A DNA stretch of 49,880 bases from a bacterium (lineage in GTDB: Bacteria; Bdellovibrionota_C; UBA2361; CALJRW01), in the NCBI GenBank assembly GCA_031385045.1, contig JANNBC010000061.1, forward strand, positions 1-49,880, given 5' to 3'. A model generated the notes under the pieces. The model worked only from the letters and a program-made list of their open reading frames with translations, was not told the DNA's origin and ran no database searches. Of this stretch, positions 29,406-39,821 are shown one piece after another (the stretch's first letter is position 1; each line of letters opens with the position of its first letter). Position numbers and translations under genes: made by a program.

Positions 29406-30542
29406 TTAAATCTCGATCCCCAGCACTCCGGGTGCATATTTCTCAAAGATCCTGCTCATTGCACCACTTTTTTGCATAAACTCAATTGATTGATCAAGGA
29501 TAGTGAGTAGTTCTGGCCAGTCAGGACGAATTGCAATGGAGTCTTCGTAAGGTGGCGCTTCAGAATCGCTTTCTGCAAATAAAGAACTAAGAGCAGTGGT
29601 GTGACTCGTTAATACTTTAAGCGCCATTGGCTTATCTGTTAGCATTAAATGTGCCGGCCTAGGAATATTACTTAACATTACTCGCTCTAGAGCTTCATCA
29701 GGAATTTGGCAAAGAATTAATCTTTCTTTGGGGATACCAATTACACTTTCGGCATAATGATGAGCCATTGATTCTTGATGTACGGCAACCATGTAATCTT
29801 TCTTTCTTAAGTCAGAAACTTTCTTAGGAGCTGGTAGCTCCTTTAGTTGTGCCGATTTTTTTGTTCTACCAACCGCAGCGATTGGTACTGTACAGAAGGG
29901 TTTGGAGTATAAACTATTTATTAGTCTTGGAGCCGTGCGGTAGATCGGACCGTAGCAATCAATCTTTCCTCTTGCTAGTTGATCACTAAAATCAGCATGA
30001 TTAACCTCCACAAATTCTAATTTGCAATGTAAGGATAGCGCCAGAGCTTGAATTAGTTCTGGGAAAAATCCCTCACTCTTTCCCTCAAATAAAAAGAATT
30101 GTCCTTTGTTAAGTCCAATGCGTAAGGCGCGTTTTCCTAGTAAGTTTTCAAAACGTTTTGGTTGTAATTCGGAACGAACTAAATCTCTAACTACTTCGGC
30201 AAAACCGTTCATGTCTAAGTTAATCGAAAGTAACCCAGATTCGTGAGCTCCAGGGCGTCTAATTCCCATTCCTTTGTCGTAAGGCCAAGGATCGTTTAGC
30301 TCAGCAATTCGAAACAAGTCTGCTGGATCAAGCATCTCTAAATTTAATGCAAGTAATGTTAAAATTGGTTTGCTAGGAATTCTTCCGTAGCGACTAATGT
30401 GTGAAAGGTACTGCATTGATACTCCACAACGCTCAGCTAGGTCTGATAAATCTAAGCGATGTTTCCGACACCATTTTTCTGAGAGATCTAAAAATGCTTT
30501 TCTAAGTTCAGGTGATTTTTTAAAAGGAACTTCTTTTTTCAT
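29406..30542 (-). CDS. XRE-type HTH fused to a family-3 solute-binding-protein-like domain (putative regulator)
   Basis: LSDLAERCGVSMQYLSHISRYGRIPS HTH; then LRIG...EGFFPELIQALA...KLEFVEV...LARGKID...YSKPF...IFEKY; no signal peptide. Confidence 0.75.
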   Translation of the reverse strand: MKKEVPFKKSPELRKAFLDLSEKWCRKHRLDLSDLAERCGVSMQYLSHISRYGRIPSKPILTLLALNLEMLDPADLFRIAELNDPWPYDKGMGIRRPGAHESGLLSINLDMNGFAEVVRDLVRSELQPKRFENLLGKRALRIGLNKGQFFLFEGKSEGFFPELIQALALSLHCKLEFVEVNHADFSDQLARGKIDCYGPIYRTAPRLINSLYSKPFCTVPIAAVGRTKKSAQLKELPAPKKVSDLRKKDYMVAVHQESMAHHYAESVIGIPKERLILCQIPDEALERVMLSNIPRPAHLMLTDKPMALKVLTSHTTALSSLFAESDSEAPPYEDSIAIRPDWPELLTILDQSIEFMQKSGAMSRIFEKYAPGVLGIEI

Positions 30543-30637
30543 TTAGTTGTCTTAACAAATTAAAAGGTTAAAAGGATTGTACTTTTATTTGATACAGAGG
30601 CAAGGAAGAATTATTACTTAAAGTTTAAAAGTTAAGG

Positions 30638-30683
30638 AATTAGCATACCTAGTATTAATTTATTAATATTCAGTATGCTAATT
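30638..30683. promoter_or_regulatory. Inverted repeat in the divergent intergenic region (candidate operator)
   Basis: AATTAGCATAC ... GTATGCTAATT. Confidence 0.35.
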
Positions 30684-30810
30684 ATAGCTATTTAACTTAT
30701 ACATAATATAAAATACTAAAATATAAGTACTCGATATTGCTAGTTAAATCTCTTATGTTGTCCCTAGGGGAAGGGAATACTTCCTAACTTTTAATAAAGG
30801 GTTAAGTATC

Positions 30811-32013
30811 ATGGGAAACAGCATTCAGGTCTTAGGCGAGCATTCAAGTAATACTTTAAATACTTCTTTCACTCCAAGTCTCCAAGAGAAAATCTTAGTA
30901 GAGAAATTGGTAGTTGCTAGTCAGGATCAAGTCTTAGCAGAAAGTTCTTTTCCAAAGTTAGACAGTAGAATTGAACCGGAAAGAGTTTTCAGAACTCGCA
31001 TTTCCAATCATTCAGTAATTTTATCTTCTAAAAGCTCTGGTGATTTAGCAGATTTAGTATGTCAGCAACTAGGGGCTAGCAAAGCCAAGATTATCTTAGA
31101 TTCTTTCCCTAACAGTGAGACAAGAATTGAAGTCCACGAATCAGTTAGGAATAAACAAGCCTTTGTTATTGCTAGCATCTCTGCACCAGTCAATCAGGGA
31201 GTAATGGAGACGGTACTTTTAGCTCAGGCATTAAAGCTTGCAGATGCCCAAAGAGTTACTGTTATCCTTCCATACTTTCCATATGCCCGACAAGATCGCA
31301 AAACCGATACTCGTCCACCAATTAGTGCCAAAGCAATTACTGATATTCTTAAAGCTGTTGGAGTAGATCAAATAGTTACAGTTGATTTACATGCCACACA
31401 GATTGAAGGTTTCTTTAATGGATCTCTGGAAAACCTTTCTGGGCTCAATCAATTAGTAGCACCATTAATTAAGGAAGTTGGTAGTGACTTGATAGTTGTA
31501 TCTCCAGATGCTGGTGGTGCCAAGCGAGCTGAGAAATTTGCAAGACAAGTTGAGAAGCTAACGCAGAATTTCACTCCACTGGTCGTGATGAGTAAGTTTC
31601 GTCCGGGGCCAGGAGTACCACCTCAAGTTACCTTAAGTTGTGGGGCAGAATTCTTAACTGGTAAAACCTGTGTGTTAGTTGATGACATGATTGATACCGG
31701 AGGATCAATTGTTGCTGCTGCAGAAGCTTTAAAAGAGCAAGGTGTAGCTCGCGTAATTGTTTGTACAACTCATGGAGTCTTCTCGAAAGATGCTGTTCTT
31801 AAAATGAGATCGGCAAGTTTTAAAGGTGAAGGCAGTATCGATCGAATCTTTGTTACTAACACTTTACCGATTAAGGAAACTCCATCTGAATTCTTAAAAG
31901 TAGTTTCTATCGCGCCACTCTTAGCCGAAGCAATTGCTAGACTTGATGAGCCAATGGGAACGCTAAGTGAGCTAAGAGAGAGAACAGATTTAGGCAATCT
32001 TTTAAACAATTAA
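30811..32013 (+). CDS. prs: Ribose-phosphate pyrophosphokinase (PRPP synthetase) with N-terminal extension
   Basis: PYFPYARQDRK, VDLHATQIEGFF, VVSPDAGGAKRA and VDDMIDTGGS. Confidence 0.93.
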   Translation: MGNSIQVLGEHSSNTLNTSFTPSLQEKILVEKLVVASQDQVLAESSFPKLDSRIEPERVFRTRISNHSVILSSKSSGDLADLVCQQLGASKAKIILDSFPNSETRIEVHESVRNKQAFVIASISAPVNQGVMETVLLAQALKLADAQRVTVILPYFPYARQDRKTDTRPPISAKAITDILKAVGVDQIVTVDLHATQIEGFFNGSLENLSGLNQLVAPLIKEVGSDLIVVSPDAGGAKRAEKFARQVEKLTQNFTPLVVMSKFRPGPGVPPQVTLSCGAEFLTGKTCVLVDDMIDTGGSIVAAAEALKEQGVARVIVCTTHGVFSKDAVLKMRSASFKGEGSIDRIFVTNTLPIKETPSEFLKVVSIAPLLAEAIARLDEPMGTLSELRERTDLGNLLNN

Positions 32014-32047
32014 TAATCCATTTAAAATTTACTTTAGGAGTAGTATT

Positions 32048-32599
32048 ATGAATTTAGCCGTACAGTCATTTAACCCTACTTGCATGATTAATCTTGAATC
32101 CCTTGTGACAACCATTCCAGATTTTCCAAAGCCAGGGATCCAATTTAAAGATATCACTCCGATTCTTGCTAACCCTCAAGCCTTTAGTCAGCTAATTGAT
32201 CAAATGTCCCAACAGGTGAAATTATCGGGTGCGAATTTGGTGGTTGGTTTAGAATCTAGGGGTTTTATTTTTGGCGTTGCAATTGCTGAACGTTTAGCAT
32301 TGCCATTTGTGCCAGCCAGAAAAGCTGGAAAGTTACCAGGCGCAACTGTTAAGGCTGATTATTCTTTGGAGTATGGAACGCAGTCTTTAGAGCTCCAAAT
32401 TGGATCAATCAAGCCTGATAATAAAGTTGCCATTGTGGATGATTTGCTAGCAACTGGTGGAACTGCCCTTGCCGCGGAGAAGTTAATTAAAATGCTTGGA
32501 GGTAAAGTTAGTGGTTACTTTTTTGCCATCGAATTAGTCGCCTTAGAAGGGCGGAAGCATTTAACAAATGGCATCACAGAATCTGTAATGAAATTTTAG
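32048..32599 (+). CDS. apt: Adenine phosphoribosyltransferase
   Basis: PDFPKPGIQFKDITP, GLESRGF, RKAGKLPG, YSLEYG and VDDLLATGGT. Confidence 0.95.
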   Translation: MNLAVQSFNPTCMINLESLVTTIPDFPKPGIQFKDITPILANPQAFSQLIDQMSQQVKLSGANLVVGLESRGFIFGVAIAERLALPFVPARKAGKLPGATVKADYSLEYGTQSLELQIGSIKPDNKVAIVDDLLATGGTALAAEKLIKMLGGKVSGYFFAIELVALEGRKHLTNGITESVMKF

Positions 32600-32652
32600 G
32601 TTTAAAAATTAAGTAAATTCTTAGTTTTTTAATTTTATTTTTTCATTAAGAC

Positions 32653-33204
32653 ATGCAAACTGTTATTACTTCAAATCATTCTAATCAGATCCAGCAAGTC
32701 GTTGCTACAATTGATATTCCAACTGCTACGGCAATTGTTTATAAAAAAAGCGATCCATTTCAAGTGCTTGTCGGACATAGCAAAAAACATTCTGCGCCAG
32801 TGCTTCCTGGTGGCAAGATTGATTTACAAGATCTTGTTTCTACCTCTATGGAGCAAGTTGCTAGGAATTGTATTATTAGAGAACTGCAAGAAGAGGTTCG
32901 ACTTTCTGGGGTTAATCCTAAACTTTTTAAAATTCACTCTGACCCAGAAAGAGATAATCGGATTATTACAGTTGCTTCGCTTAAAGGCACGTTGATTGAG
33001 GATTTAGTTAAGGGGTTTCGGGAAGAGGAGTTAGTGCTTGGAAGGTATGGGGTGCCAGATTATGTTTTTTTGGTAGAGGTTGATGAGGAGGGCATTACGG
33101 AGAGTGAGGAATTAAGAATTCTAGAGTGGGTTAATTGCCAAGGAGTTAAGAGGGGTGAATTGGGAGGAGGACATAGTGAGATTTTAAAGTTGTACAAATT
33201 ATAA
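32653..33204 (+). CDS. NUDIX hydrolase (atypical box)
   Basis: LPGGKID...IRELQEEV; SDPERD.R. Confidence 0.8.
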   Translation: MQTVITSNHSNQIQQVVATIDIPTATAIVYKKSDPFQVLVGHSKKHSAPVLPGGKIDLQDLVSTSMEQVARNCIIRELQEEVRLSGVNPKLFKIHSDPERDNRIITVASLKGTLIEDLVKGFREEELVLGRYGVPDYVFLVEVDEEGITESEELRILEWVNCQGVKRGELGGGHSEILKLYKL

Positions 33205-33247
33205 TTGTAGGATGTTTGCCTGGTACTACTATCAAACTACTTAGTCT

Positions 33248-34534
33248 TTATTGGTGATTTGGAGAATTATTTCCTTTTTGAAAATGGAATGAATAGTAGG
33301 AATAATAAGAGGTATCAACTGGAACAGGGTTTTTAAGTTGAAGTCCTTGTTCCGTAAATCTAGCTGTTGGGGCAAACTGTCTATTCCATAAAATTGCATA
33401 AGCAGATGGTCTTAGCATCTCTGGTAGGTTTGATTGTAAATCAATCCAAAATGAATCCGAGCCTTGATAGCAATCATGTAGTGATCGGAGTTTAACTTTG
33501 CTTAAATCGATTGGCTGATTATCTTCCAAATTTAGTTGGGGACGTTTTAGATAGGGGGAATTAGCAGTAACTAAATCAAAGTGTTGTCCGGCGATAATCC
33601 CAAGTTCTTGTCCTTGCATCACTTTGCCTTTTAGCCCAGCAATATCATTTAAAAGAATCTGAGCATTTGCCACTGCGAATGGATTGGCATCATAAGCAAT
33701 AAAGTTGGGAGTTAAATTATGAAAGTTACAATATTGCTGAGTAATCCACGCTAAAACTCCAGTTCCTGTGGCGATATCTAAAAAATTACCTGTTTTTAAT
33801 TGTTCTCGAAAAGTTGCATCCTGAAAACTTTCATATAATAGCGAGTAAATAGAGTGATCTGCACTACTAGCATAGGAGCCTGCTTGATAGACAGTCGGTA
33901 GATTCGGGATGATGGCTTGAATATATTTACTATCATAATCCATAATTGCCTCAAGGAATTCTAAGAAATTGATGCTTCCAGCTCCAGGGCTAATATGTTT
34001 AAAGTTTATTTTTCCTGTTTCTGGGTTAAGGCCAATATGAGTGTATGAAAATTCATAACCTAAAAATGTGTCCCCAATACATTTAATAAAGCCGGAGTCT
34101 TGATCTAAGTGAAGACGTAAGTGATCTGTAAGTTTTTTCATTTCACAACTTAGAACTTGTTCGAATGCTATTAACTTAGGGATTACTTGCCTGATATGAC
34201 CTGAGGCAAAATCTCTTAGATCGGCAATAGGTAAGTAATATTGAGCAAGACAGATATTACAACTTTCCTTCTTTTCTTCTTTAGGATAGTCATCGGGGAT
34301 AACAGGAGCGATACAGATTGGCTTTGTTCCATCAAGAATTAATTTAAATTCTTGAACATTGGCTAATTCTGTTTTGAGCATTAGATTGTCGCTGGAGAAT
34401 TGCAGAATGTTTAGGCCCGATTCTAGGCAACGAGTTAATTGACCTTGGATATTTTTGATACCAAAGATTTCAAAAATATGATCCACAACCGTACCTGTAG
34501 TTTGGATTTGATGAATATGGCTAGTTGAGATCAT
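33248..34534 (-). CDS. Class I SAM-dependent methyltransferase (C-terminal) with unknown N-terminal half
   Basis: FLDIATGTG, YDANPFAVANA and FDLVTANSPY (NPPY-like). Confidence 0.7.
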   Translation of the reverse strand: MISTSHIHQIQTTGTVVDHIFEIFGIKNIQGQLTRCLESGLNILQFSSDNLMLKTELANVQEFKLILDGTKPICIAPVIPDDYPKEEKKESCNICLAQYYLPIADLRDFASGHIRQVIPKLIAFEQVLSCEMKKLTDHLRLHLDQDSGFIKCIGDTFLGYEFSYTHIGLNPETGKINFKHISPGAGSINFLEFLEAIMDYDSKYIQAIIPNLPTVYQAGSYASSADHSIYSLLYESFQDATFREQLKTGNFLDIATGTGVLAWITQQYCNFHNLTPNFIAYDANPFAVANAQILLNDIAGLKGKVMQGQELGIIAGQHFDLVTANSPYLKRPQLNLEDNQPIDLSKVKLRSLHDCYQGSDSFWIDLQSNLPEMLRPSAYAILWNRQFAPTARFTEQGLQLKNPVPVDTSYYSYYSFHFQKGNNSPNHQ

Positions 34535-34880
34535 AAAAACTGCTAATCACTAGTTAGGCTTACTTGATATTTTTTTTAAGTCAGATAAATCTCAAACTTA
34601 AGGACTCAATCTATCAATTAATAGAACCCTAAACAAATAAGATCTTTTAGGAATAAAGTTAAAATGCCAGAAAATGACTAATTATATTCCAATTTTTAGC
34701 CAATAAATTTGAGTAGATATTAATTTTCATTTCTAGGCAGAGGCCATAACATCTATAATTAGCAAGCATTTTTAATCAATTAGGAATCTTTTTTTATTGA
34801 TTTTAGTTGGTACTAAATTTAGAAGTGAATTTTTTGGAGAGAAAATTTGTAAAATATATTTAATCTGCTAAATCTATGAA

Positions 34881-35552
34881 ATGGTTGCTATCATTTCATT
34901 ATTTATAATTATCATTGCTTCAATTCTAATCATTAGAATTGCTACGATTGCCTTAGTTCAGACTGGTATGTCTGAGGATGTGGCTAGGTTTCAGGCTATT
35001 TCGGCATTTACTACAAGTGGTTTCACTTCTTCGGAAACTGAGCAAATCTTTCATAGTGCTGTTCGGCGCCGGATTGTCTCCTATCTAATGCTATGGGGGA
35101 ATGCGGGGACTGCTACCGCTATTTCTTCCATCGTTTTATCTTTTGCAAGCAGTACTAATCTTCAACAAACGATGTTGCGTCTGATCCTTTTGTTAATCAG
35201 TGTTATTGTCTTGTACATGATCCTAAGAACAGAGTTTATCGATCGCAAAATTTCTACGTATATTAAAAACTTGCTTAAGAAATACGCTAATGTGGATGCA
35301 AATGATTATGCAGATCTACTCCGAGTGAAACAGGATTACGCTATTGCGGAAGTTATGCTTCATGATGATAGTAAGGTTGCTAATAAAAAAATTCAAGATT
35401 GTGGATTATCAAAAGATCGAATTTTGGTGATTGGGATCACCAAGGCTAATGGACATTTCATTGGAAGTCCTAAAGGTACTGATTTAATGGAAGTTGGGGA
35501 TCATATAATTATGTATGGCAATCGTGATGCATTAAAAAAAGTTGCTCACTAA
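34881..35552 (+). CDS. Membrane protein with pore-loop-like segment and TrkA-C (RCK-C) domain
   Basis: ARFQAISAFTTSGFTSSETE; C-terminal VIGI...GDHIIMYG. Confidence 0.8.
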   Translation: MVAIISLFIIIIASILIIRIATIALVQTGMSEDVARFQAISAFTTSGFTSSETEQIFHSAVRRRIVSYLMLWGNAGTATAISSIVLSFASSTNLQQTMLRLILLLISVIVLYMILRTEFIDRKISTYIKNLLKKYANVDANDYADLLRVKQDYAIAEVMLHDDSKVANKKIQDCGLSKDRILVIGITKANGHFIGSPKGTDLMEVGDHIIMYGNRDALKKVAH

Positions 35553-35638
35553 AACTAATTATTTGCTTTTTGGTAATACTAGAGTTTCCGAACATGGCGC
35601 AAAGATAGCTAGGTGCCATTATTCATGCCTAGATTAAC

Positions 35639-36883
35639 TTACCAGTATTTAAGAATCAAACCAACGGAAAGATCCCCAATTGATTTGTTAACAAGCAAAG
35701 TTTGAAAAGTGTAATAGTCATAAAAAGAGCCAAGTAGGATTAGTAGGGAAATGGCAATAATTATGAATTCGTTCTTAATACTCGTTCTTATTATTTTTAT
35801 AAATTCATAGAAACCTAAAGCTGCTAACAGATAGTATGGTAAAATTATTGTGCTCAAATATCTAAGATTCTGCATGTAATCAAGGGAACAAATGCTCAAA
35901 ATCCAAACAGCTGAAATGATACTAAGGTAGCAAGTCAAATCAAAAGTCCGATACCTTTGTAGTCGAAATAGTCCTGATAATAATGTGGCACTAAAACAGA
36001 GAAATGATATTGGGGACATTTTAAAAAGACTTTCTAGTGTCTTCCAGCTAGAAGTATTTTGGTAAGTAATAATATATTCATTTGTAGGCATGGCATTTTT
36101 TGTATGATTAACCATTAGAATTATATTATCTAACCCTTGAAACAGATATTGATACAAAGAAAACAAGAGGCCAACAGCTAAGGTATATAATGCAATTTGC
36201 AAAATACAAAAACGATACTCTTTGTTATAAAAAGCAGTTTTTATAAGTAATAAGATCGACAAAAGTGAGTAGATCGTAATACCAGACTCTTTAATTAAGC
36301 AAAGATAGCTACCAGCAAGAGTCAGTCCAATCAGTAATAATATTCTTGTTCTTTTTGAATGATGATTAAAGATTAGTTCTAGAGATAAATAAATTATTAG
36401 CGAAACAAAAAATCCAAACATGGAGTCTTGCCAACAACGACGAGCTAACTCCAAATCTATTGGGGAGGTGGCAATTAAAATTAACGATAGCAGTGTTAAA
36501 AATGGAGTTAGGAAACGTAGGCCAACAATTAGAAAAATAACTATATTTAGACCACTAAAAATTAATGAAAAAAATGCTCCAAATCTTGGGGTGGTATTGC
36601 TTAAGTATTTTAAAAAATATCCCAAAGGATAGGTATACCCAATTCGCAGTGGTGAAGGATGGATCCATAAACTTGAATCTTGATTGTGCTCCTTGGTTAA
36701 TACTTGATAGCCTTTCAGACCATGCTCCGATATGAAGTTAGCTTGTCTAGTATAAGTTAACTCATCTGGACTTGGATAGACAACAGAAACTGTGAGTAAG
36801 CGAATAACGATAGCAATTAAAACAACGCCAAAGCAGGCAGAGATAGTTAAGGCTTTTGCAGAAATATATTCCGACATAATCAC
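35639..36883 (-). CDS. GT-C-fold (ArnT/PMT-like) membrane glycosyltransferase
   Basis: PDELTY after the first TM; about 11 TM segments; IKESG and RYL motifs. Confidence 0.7.
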   Translation of the reverse strand: MIMSEYISAKALTISACFGVVLIAIVIRLLTVSVVYPSPDELTYTRQANFISEHGLKGYQVLTKEHNQDSSLWIHPSPLRIGYTYPLGYFLKYLSNTTPRFGAFFSLIFSGLNIVIFLIVGLRFLTPFLTLLSLILIATSPIDLELARRCWQDSMFGFFVSLIIYLSLELIFNHHSKRTRILLLIGLTLAGSYLCLIKESGITIYSLLSILLLIKTAFYNKEYRFCILQIALYTLAVGLLFSLYQYLFQGLDNIILMVNHTKNAMPTNEYIITYQNTSSWKTLESLFKMSPISFLCFSATLLSGLFRLQRYRTFDLTCYLSIISAVWILSICSLDYMQNLRYLSTIILPYYLLAALGFYEFIKIIRTSIKNEFIIIAISLLILLGSFYDYYTFQTLLVNKSIGDLSVGLILKYW

Positions 36884-36922
36884 TTGTCCTATATTTACAA
36901 TCTCTTCTTACGATTTCCCTGT

Positions 36923-37750
36923 TTAATTATTTGGCATCCACTTAAATGGGATACACGGCTCTCTATAAAGCTCCGCAGGGATCTGTTGTTTAATACTCTC
37001 ATGATACTCTGGTAACTTTGACCAGTGTAAACCCATCTTCATGTGATGGGCTGTGTGAAAACCTAGGTTTCCAGTTAGGATATTATACCATTTATGTGTG
37101 ATGTTGTAGGAAGCTAAGTGGTGATCATCAGTATCAAGACCGGCATGGTGGTAGTAGGTGTGCCAGACAGTAATTATTAAACCAGCAAACATTGGAATTA
37201 TAAAAACTATTAAGGCATTTTTCCAATTATAGCAGAGCATTAGTATCATTAACCCGACTACTAGAGTCCCCATGCCAAGAAATGTCTTTTGATGTTTTGG
37301 GTGATTTTTACCAACTTTATAGGCTCGGGGATAACCTGTAGCAGCAACGTGCAAGGTATATTCAGCCACGCCCATAACTACTCCATCTTTTCCCTTCCAG
37401 GCAGATTCATCTTTCTCTTGGTCTAAATAGTTTAGATGGTGGCCAAGTACATGATGCAAAACCCAGGCATGGGTAGTGATGCCTGTATGAAAAGCATAGA
37501 CAAGTTCTAGCACACGATTTAGAAAATTTTGTTTGAAGGTCGGTAAGTGTTGGTGGTGGTGATTCCAAGAACAGATACAAGCTTTAGGTGCTAGCATTGC
37601 AATCATCCAAACCGTAATCCACCAAATATTAGTGGCAAATAAAAACACTAAGAGATCTAATAAAAAAAGGGCAGTAATTATCAGTGTCGGTGTCTTGTCT
37701 TCCTTGTACCTAAAATATTTCATGGCTGATAATATATGGTAAATTAGCAA
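36923..37750 (-). CDS. Membrane fatty acid desaturase family protein (start probably 37723)
   Basis: His boxes HHHQH, HVLGHH, YYHH and HTAHH. Confidence 0.85.
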   Translation of the reverse strand: MLIYHILSAMKYFRYKEDKTPTLIITALFLLDLLVFLFATNIWWITVWMIAMLAPKACICSWNHHHQHLPTFKQNFLNRVLELVYAFHTGITTHAWVLHHVLGHHLNYLDQEKDESAWKGKDGVVMGVAEYTLHVAATGYPRAYKVGKNHPKHQKTFLGMGTLVVGLMILMLCYNWKNALIVFIIPMFAGLIITVWHTYYHHAGLDTDDHHLASYNITHKWYNILTGNLGFHTAHHMKMGLHWSKLPEYHESIKQQIPAELYREPCIPFKWMPNN

Positions 37751-37863
37751 CTAAGACTAGTGTCTTGTTAATCTTTAGATAGCCCTACAATTATTTCCTA
37801 ATTGGGTTAACTATTAATCTTAAAATAGTGAGAGAGAGTCCCTTTAATTATAACTCTCCCAAT

Positions 37864-38084
37864 ATATACTAAAACTCAGTGGTTTTTTCCTAACAGCTTG
37901 GAAAAAATCTAATAGATTTTTCAGTGTTTCGGCTTTTAGTATATTTGTCTTCCCCAGTACTGAGCCTTATCAAATAAGGCTCAGTACCTTAGCGACCCCC
38001 AAGGTTCGCTTCAATTGCTTCGCACTTGATATACTAGGCGCCTTTGTATTTTTGGTAATTTTCAATGTCGCTTAGTATATCTAG
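37864..38084 (+). repeat. Structured ~225-bp dispersed element, copy A
   Basis: Homologous to the reverse complement of 45257-45486; shared TATATTTGTCTTCCCCAG core and hairpin layout. Confidence 0.85.
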
Positions 38085-38136
38085 TAATTTTAATACTGGT
38101 TTTGCTTAAGAATCTAATGGCTGATAATTTAGTCAC

Positions 38137-39114
38137 ATGAATCCCGCTTCTTTCTCAGATCCAATTTCACAGGTAATTAGTCAGCTTCCCTATTGTCCCG
38201 AAGATGACAGGGAGAAGGTAAGGGATCTATTTGTACGCTTTCCCAAGGTTCTGGCTGGGTATCAGGAATTTCTAAGTGTAGAACCTGTACGAAGAATTCC
38301 TTTAGCGGCCCATAAGTTGGAGCATACTCCTCGAAGTGGTTGGTTAAGATTTGATCTTGAAATTAGGTTTCGTGATATTTTAAATACACACTTAGGTGAA
38401 TATTACGGATCTAGATGTTTATTAATGGAACTGACCAAAACATCTGAATCCGTTTTGGAACATTCTGCCGAGGCACAAGAATTGTTCTCTTGGGTATTTC
38501 AGGAGTATCAATTTAAACAGTGGGGCGCAGAGGTGATGAAGTTTCATGACTTTGTAGAAGCTATTAATGGAGATTTCACTCCGCTTGATCAAATTACTAA
38601 ACCTGAGAAAACTTTTTTAGAGAAAATCGCCTTGCAGTTACTGACCGAAAATCGTTCTAATGGTGATTTGCTAGCAGCTCATATCTATAATGCAATGAGA
38701 ATTTTTGAAGGTGAGACGGGGAGCTTTTTAGAAATCAGACAAGAGATGTTACTGACAATTGAAGGGCAATTACTTGCTGGTAATATTTTGCCACGGCAAC
38801 GTACCTTTGTTGATTTCCTTAAGCGACTTTATAATCAAGAGGAAATTGATTTAGGAGACTTAAAAAGTAAGGCTACTGAGATTGATGCTTTGCAAATGCT
38901 GATTGCAGGTCGGAGGATTATGCATGAGAAAACTTATGGAATAACTCTTGAGAAAGCTCAGCAGGAATGGCAAGGGTTTGTTGATTATGTAGATCGCAAG
39001 CTGGTAAGCAGGGAAGCACAAGCCTTCTTTAAGGTTTTTATCCAACATTCATCCGCGGATGTAGATACTCCTAATCTGTTGCTTCGAGTTTTATCAGAAT
39101 TTAGTGCTATTTGA
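38137..39114 (+). CDS. HD-domain protein (YfbR/HDDC2 5'-nucleotidase-like)
   Basis: PRSGW, ESVLEHS and FHDFVEAINGDFTP. Confidence 0.75.
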   Translation: MNPASFSDPISQVISQLPYCPEDDREKVRDLFVRFPKVLAGYQEFLSVEPVRRIPLAAHKLEHTPRSGWLRFDLEIRFRDILNTHLGEYYGSRCLLMELTKTSESVLEHSAEAQELFSWVFQEYQFKQWGAEVMKFHDFVEAINGDFTPLDQITKPEKTFLEKIALQLLTENRSNGDLLAAHIYNAMRIFEGETGSFLEIRQEMLLTIEGQLLAGNILPRQRTFVDFLKRLYNQEEIDLGDLKSKATEIDALQMLIAGRRIMHEKTYGITLEKAQQEWQGFVDYVDRKLVSREAQAFFKVFIQHSSADVDTPNLLLRVLSEFSAI

Positions 39115-39249
39115 AGCCTGTGCCAGGCAGTTTTCTAATTACTATAATCGAATAACCATTTTAGTCCTACTGGAGACGGGGATAATCCTATTCAAACATA
39201 GAGAGAAATATTATTTGTAAGTATCAATAAAACTTAGCATCTAAATATC

Positions 39250-39807
39250 ATGGATTTTCTCCGTAACTCTTCAAGATCTTTTAAGCCGCTCGGTCAATTT
39301 GGATTTACTTTAGTTGAATTGCTAGTAACTGTTAGCGTTTTATCCATATTGGCAGCTCAATCTGTAGCAGTTTATCAAAGTTATCGTGAAAAAGCATATG
39401 ATGCTGTGCTGATTAGCTCTCTTCAGAATGTTCGTACCGCGTTGCAAGCAAGTACTTTAAATATCAATCCTTTTAATGGTGATCGGCAGTACTTAGGAAT
39501 GTATTTATTTCCAGATGGTGGGAGTTCTTTAAGTGGTGCTCCAAGTAAGGAAGCATTGCTGCCAGGTTATAATCAGAATAAGGGAATTTTTATGATAGCT
39601 GGTATGTATCGAAATGGTTCTACGCATGCAGGTAATAAATCTGCAATGTTTTATTATGCCTATGGAGTTCATTGTTTAGGAACTGGAAATACAATTGGTT
39701 TTGATAATGGGATTGGGGAACCAGGACGTACTCCAGAGATCTCTTCATCACATTCTGTCGATATTGGATTTTATAAGTCTGAAGATTGTATTAACTATGG
39801 ATACTAA
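39250..39807 (+). CDS. Prepilin-type N-terminal cleavage/methylation protein
   Basis: FGFTLVELLVTVSVLSILAA. Confidence 0.88.
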   Translation: MDFLRNSSRSFKPLGQFGFTLVELLVTVSVLSILAAQSVAVYQSYREKAYDAVLISSLQNVRTALQASTLNINPFNGDRQYLGMYLFPDGGSSLSGAPSKEALLPGYNQNKGIFMIAGMYRNGSTHAGNKSAMFYYAYGVHCLGTGNTIGFDNGIGEPGRTPEISSSHSVDIGFYKSEDCINYGY

Positions 39808-39821
39808 GTGTGTATCTAATA

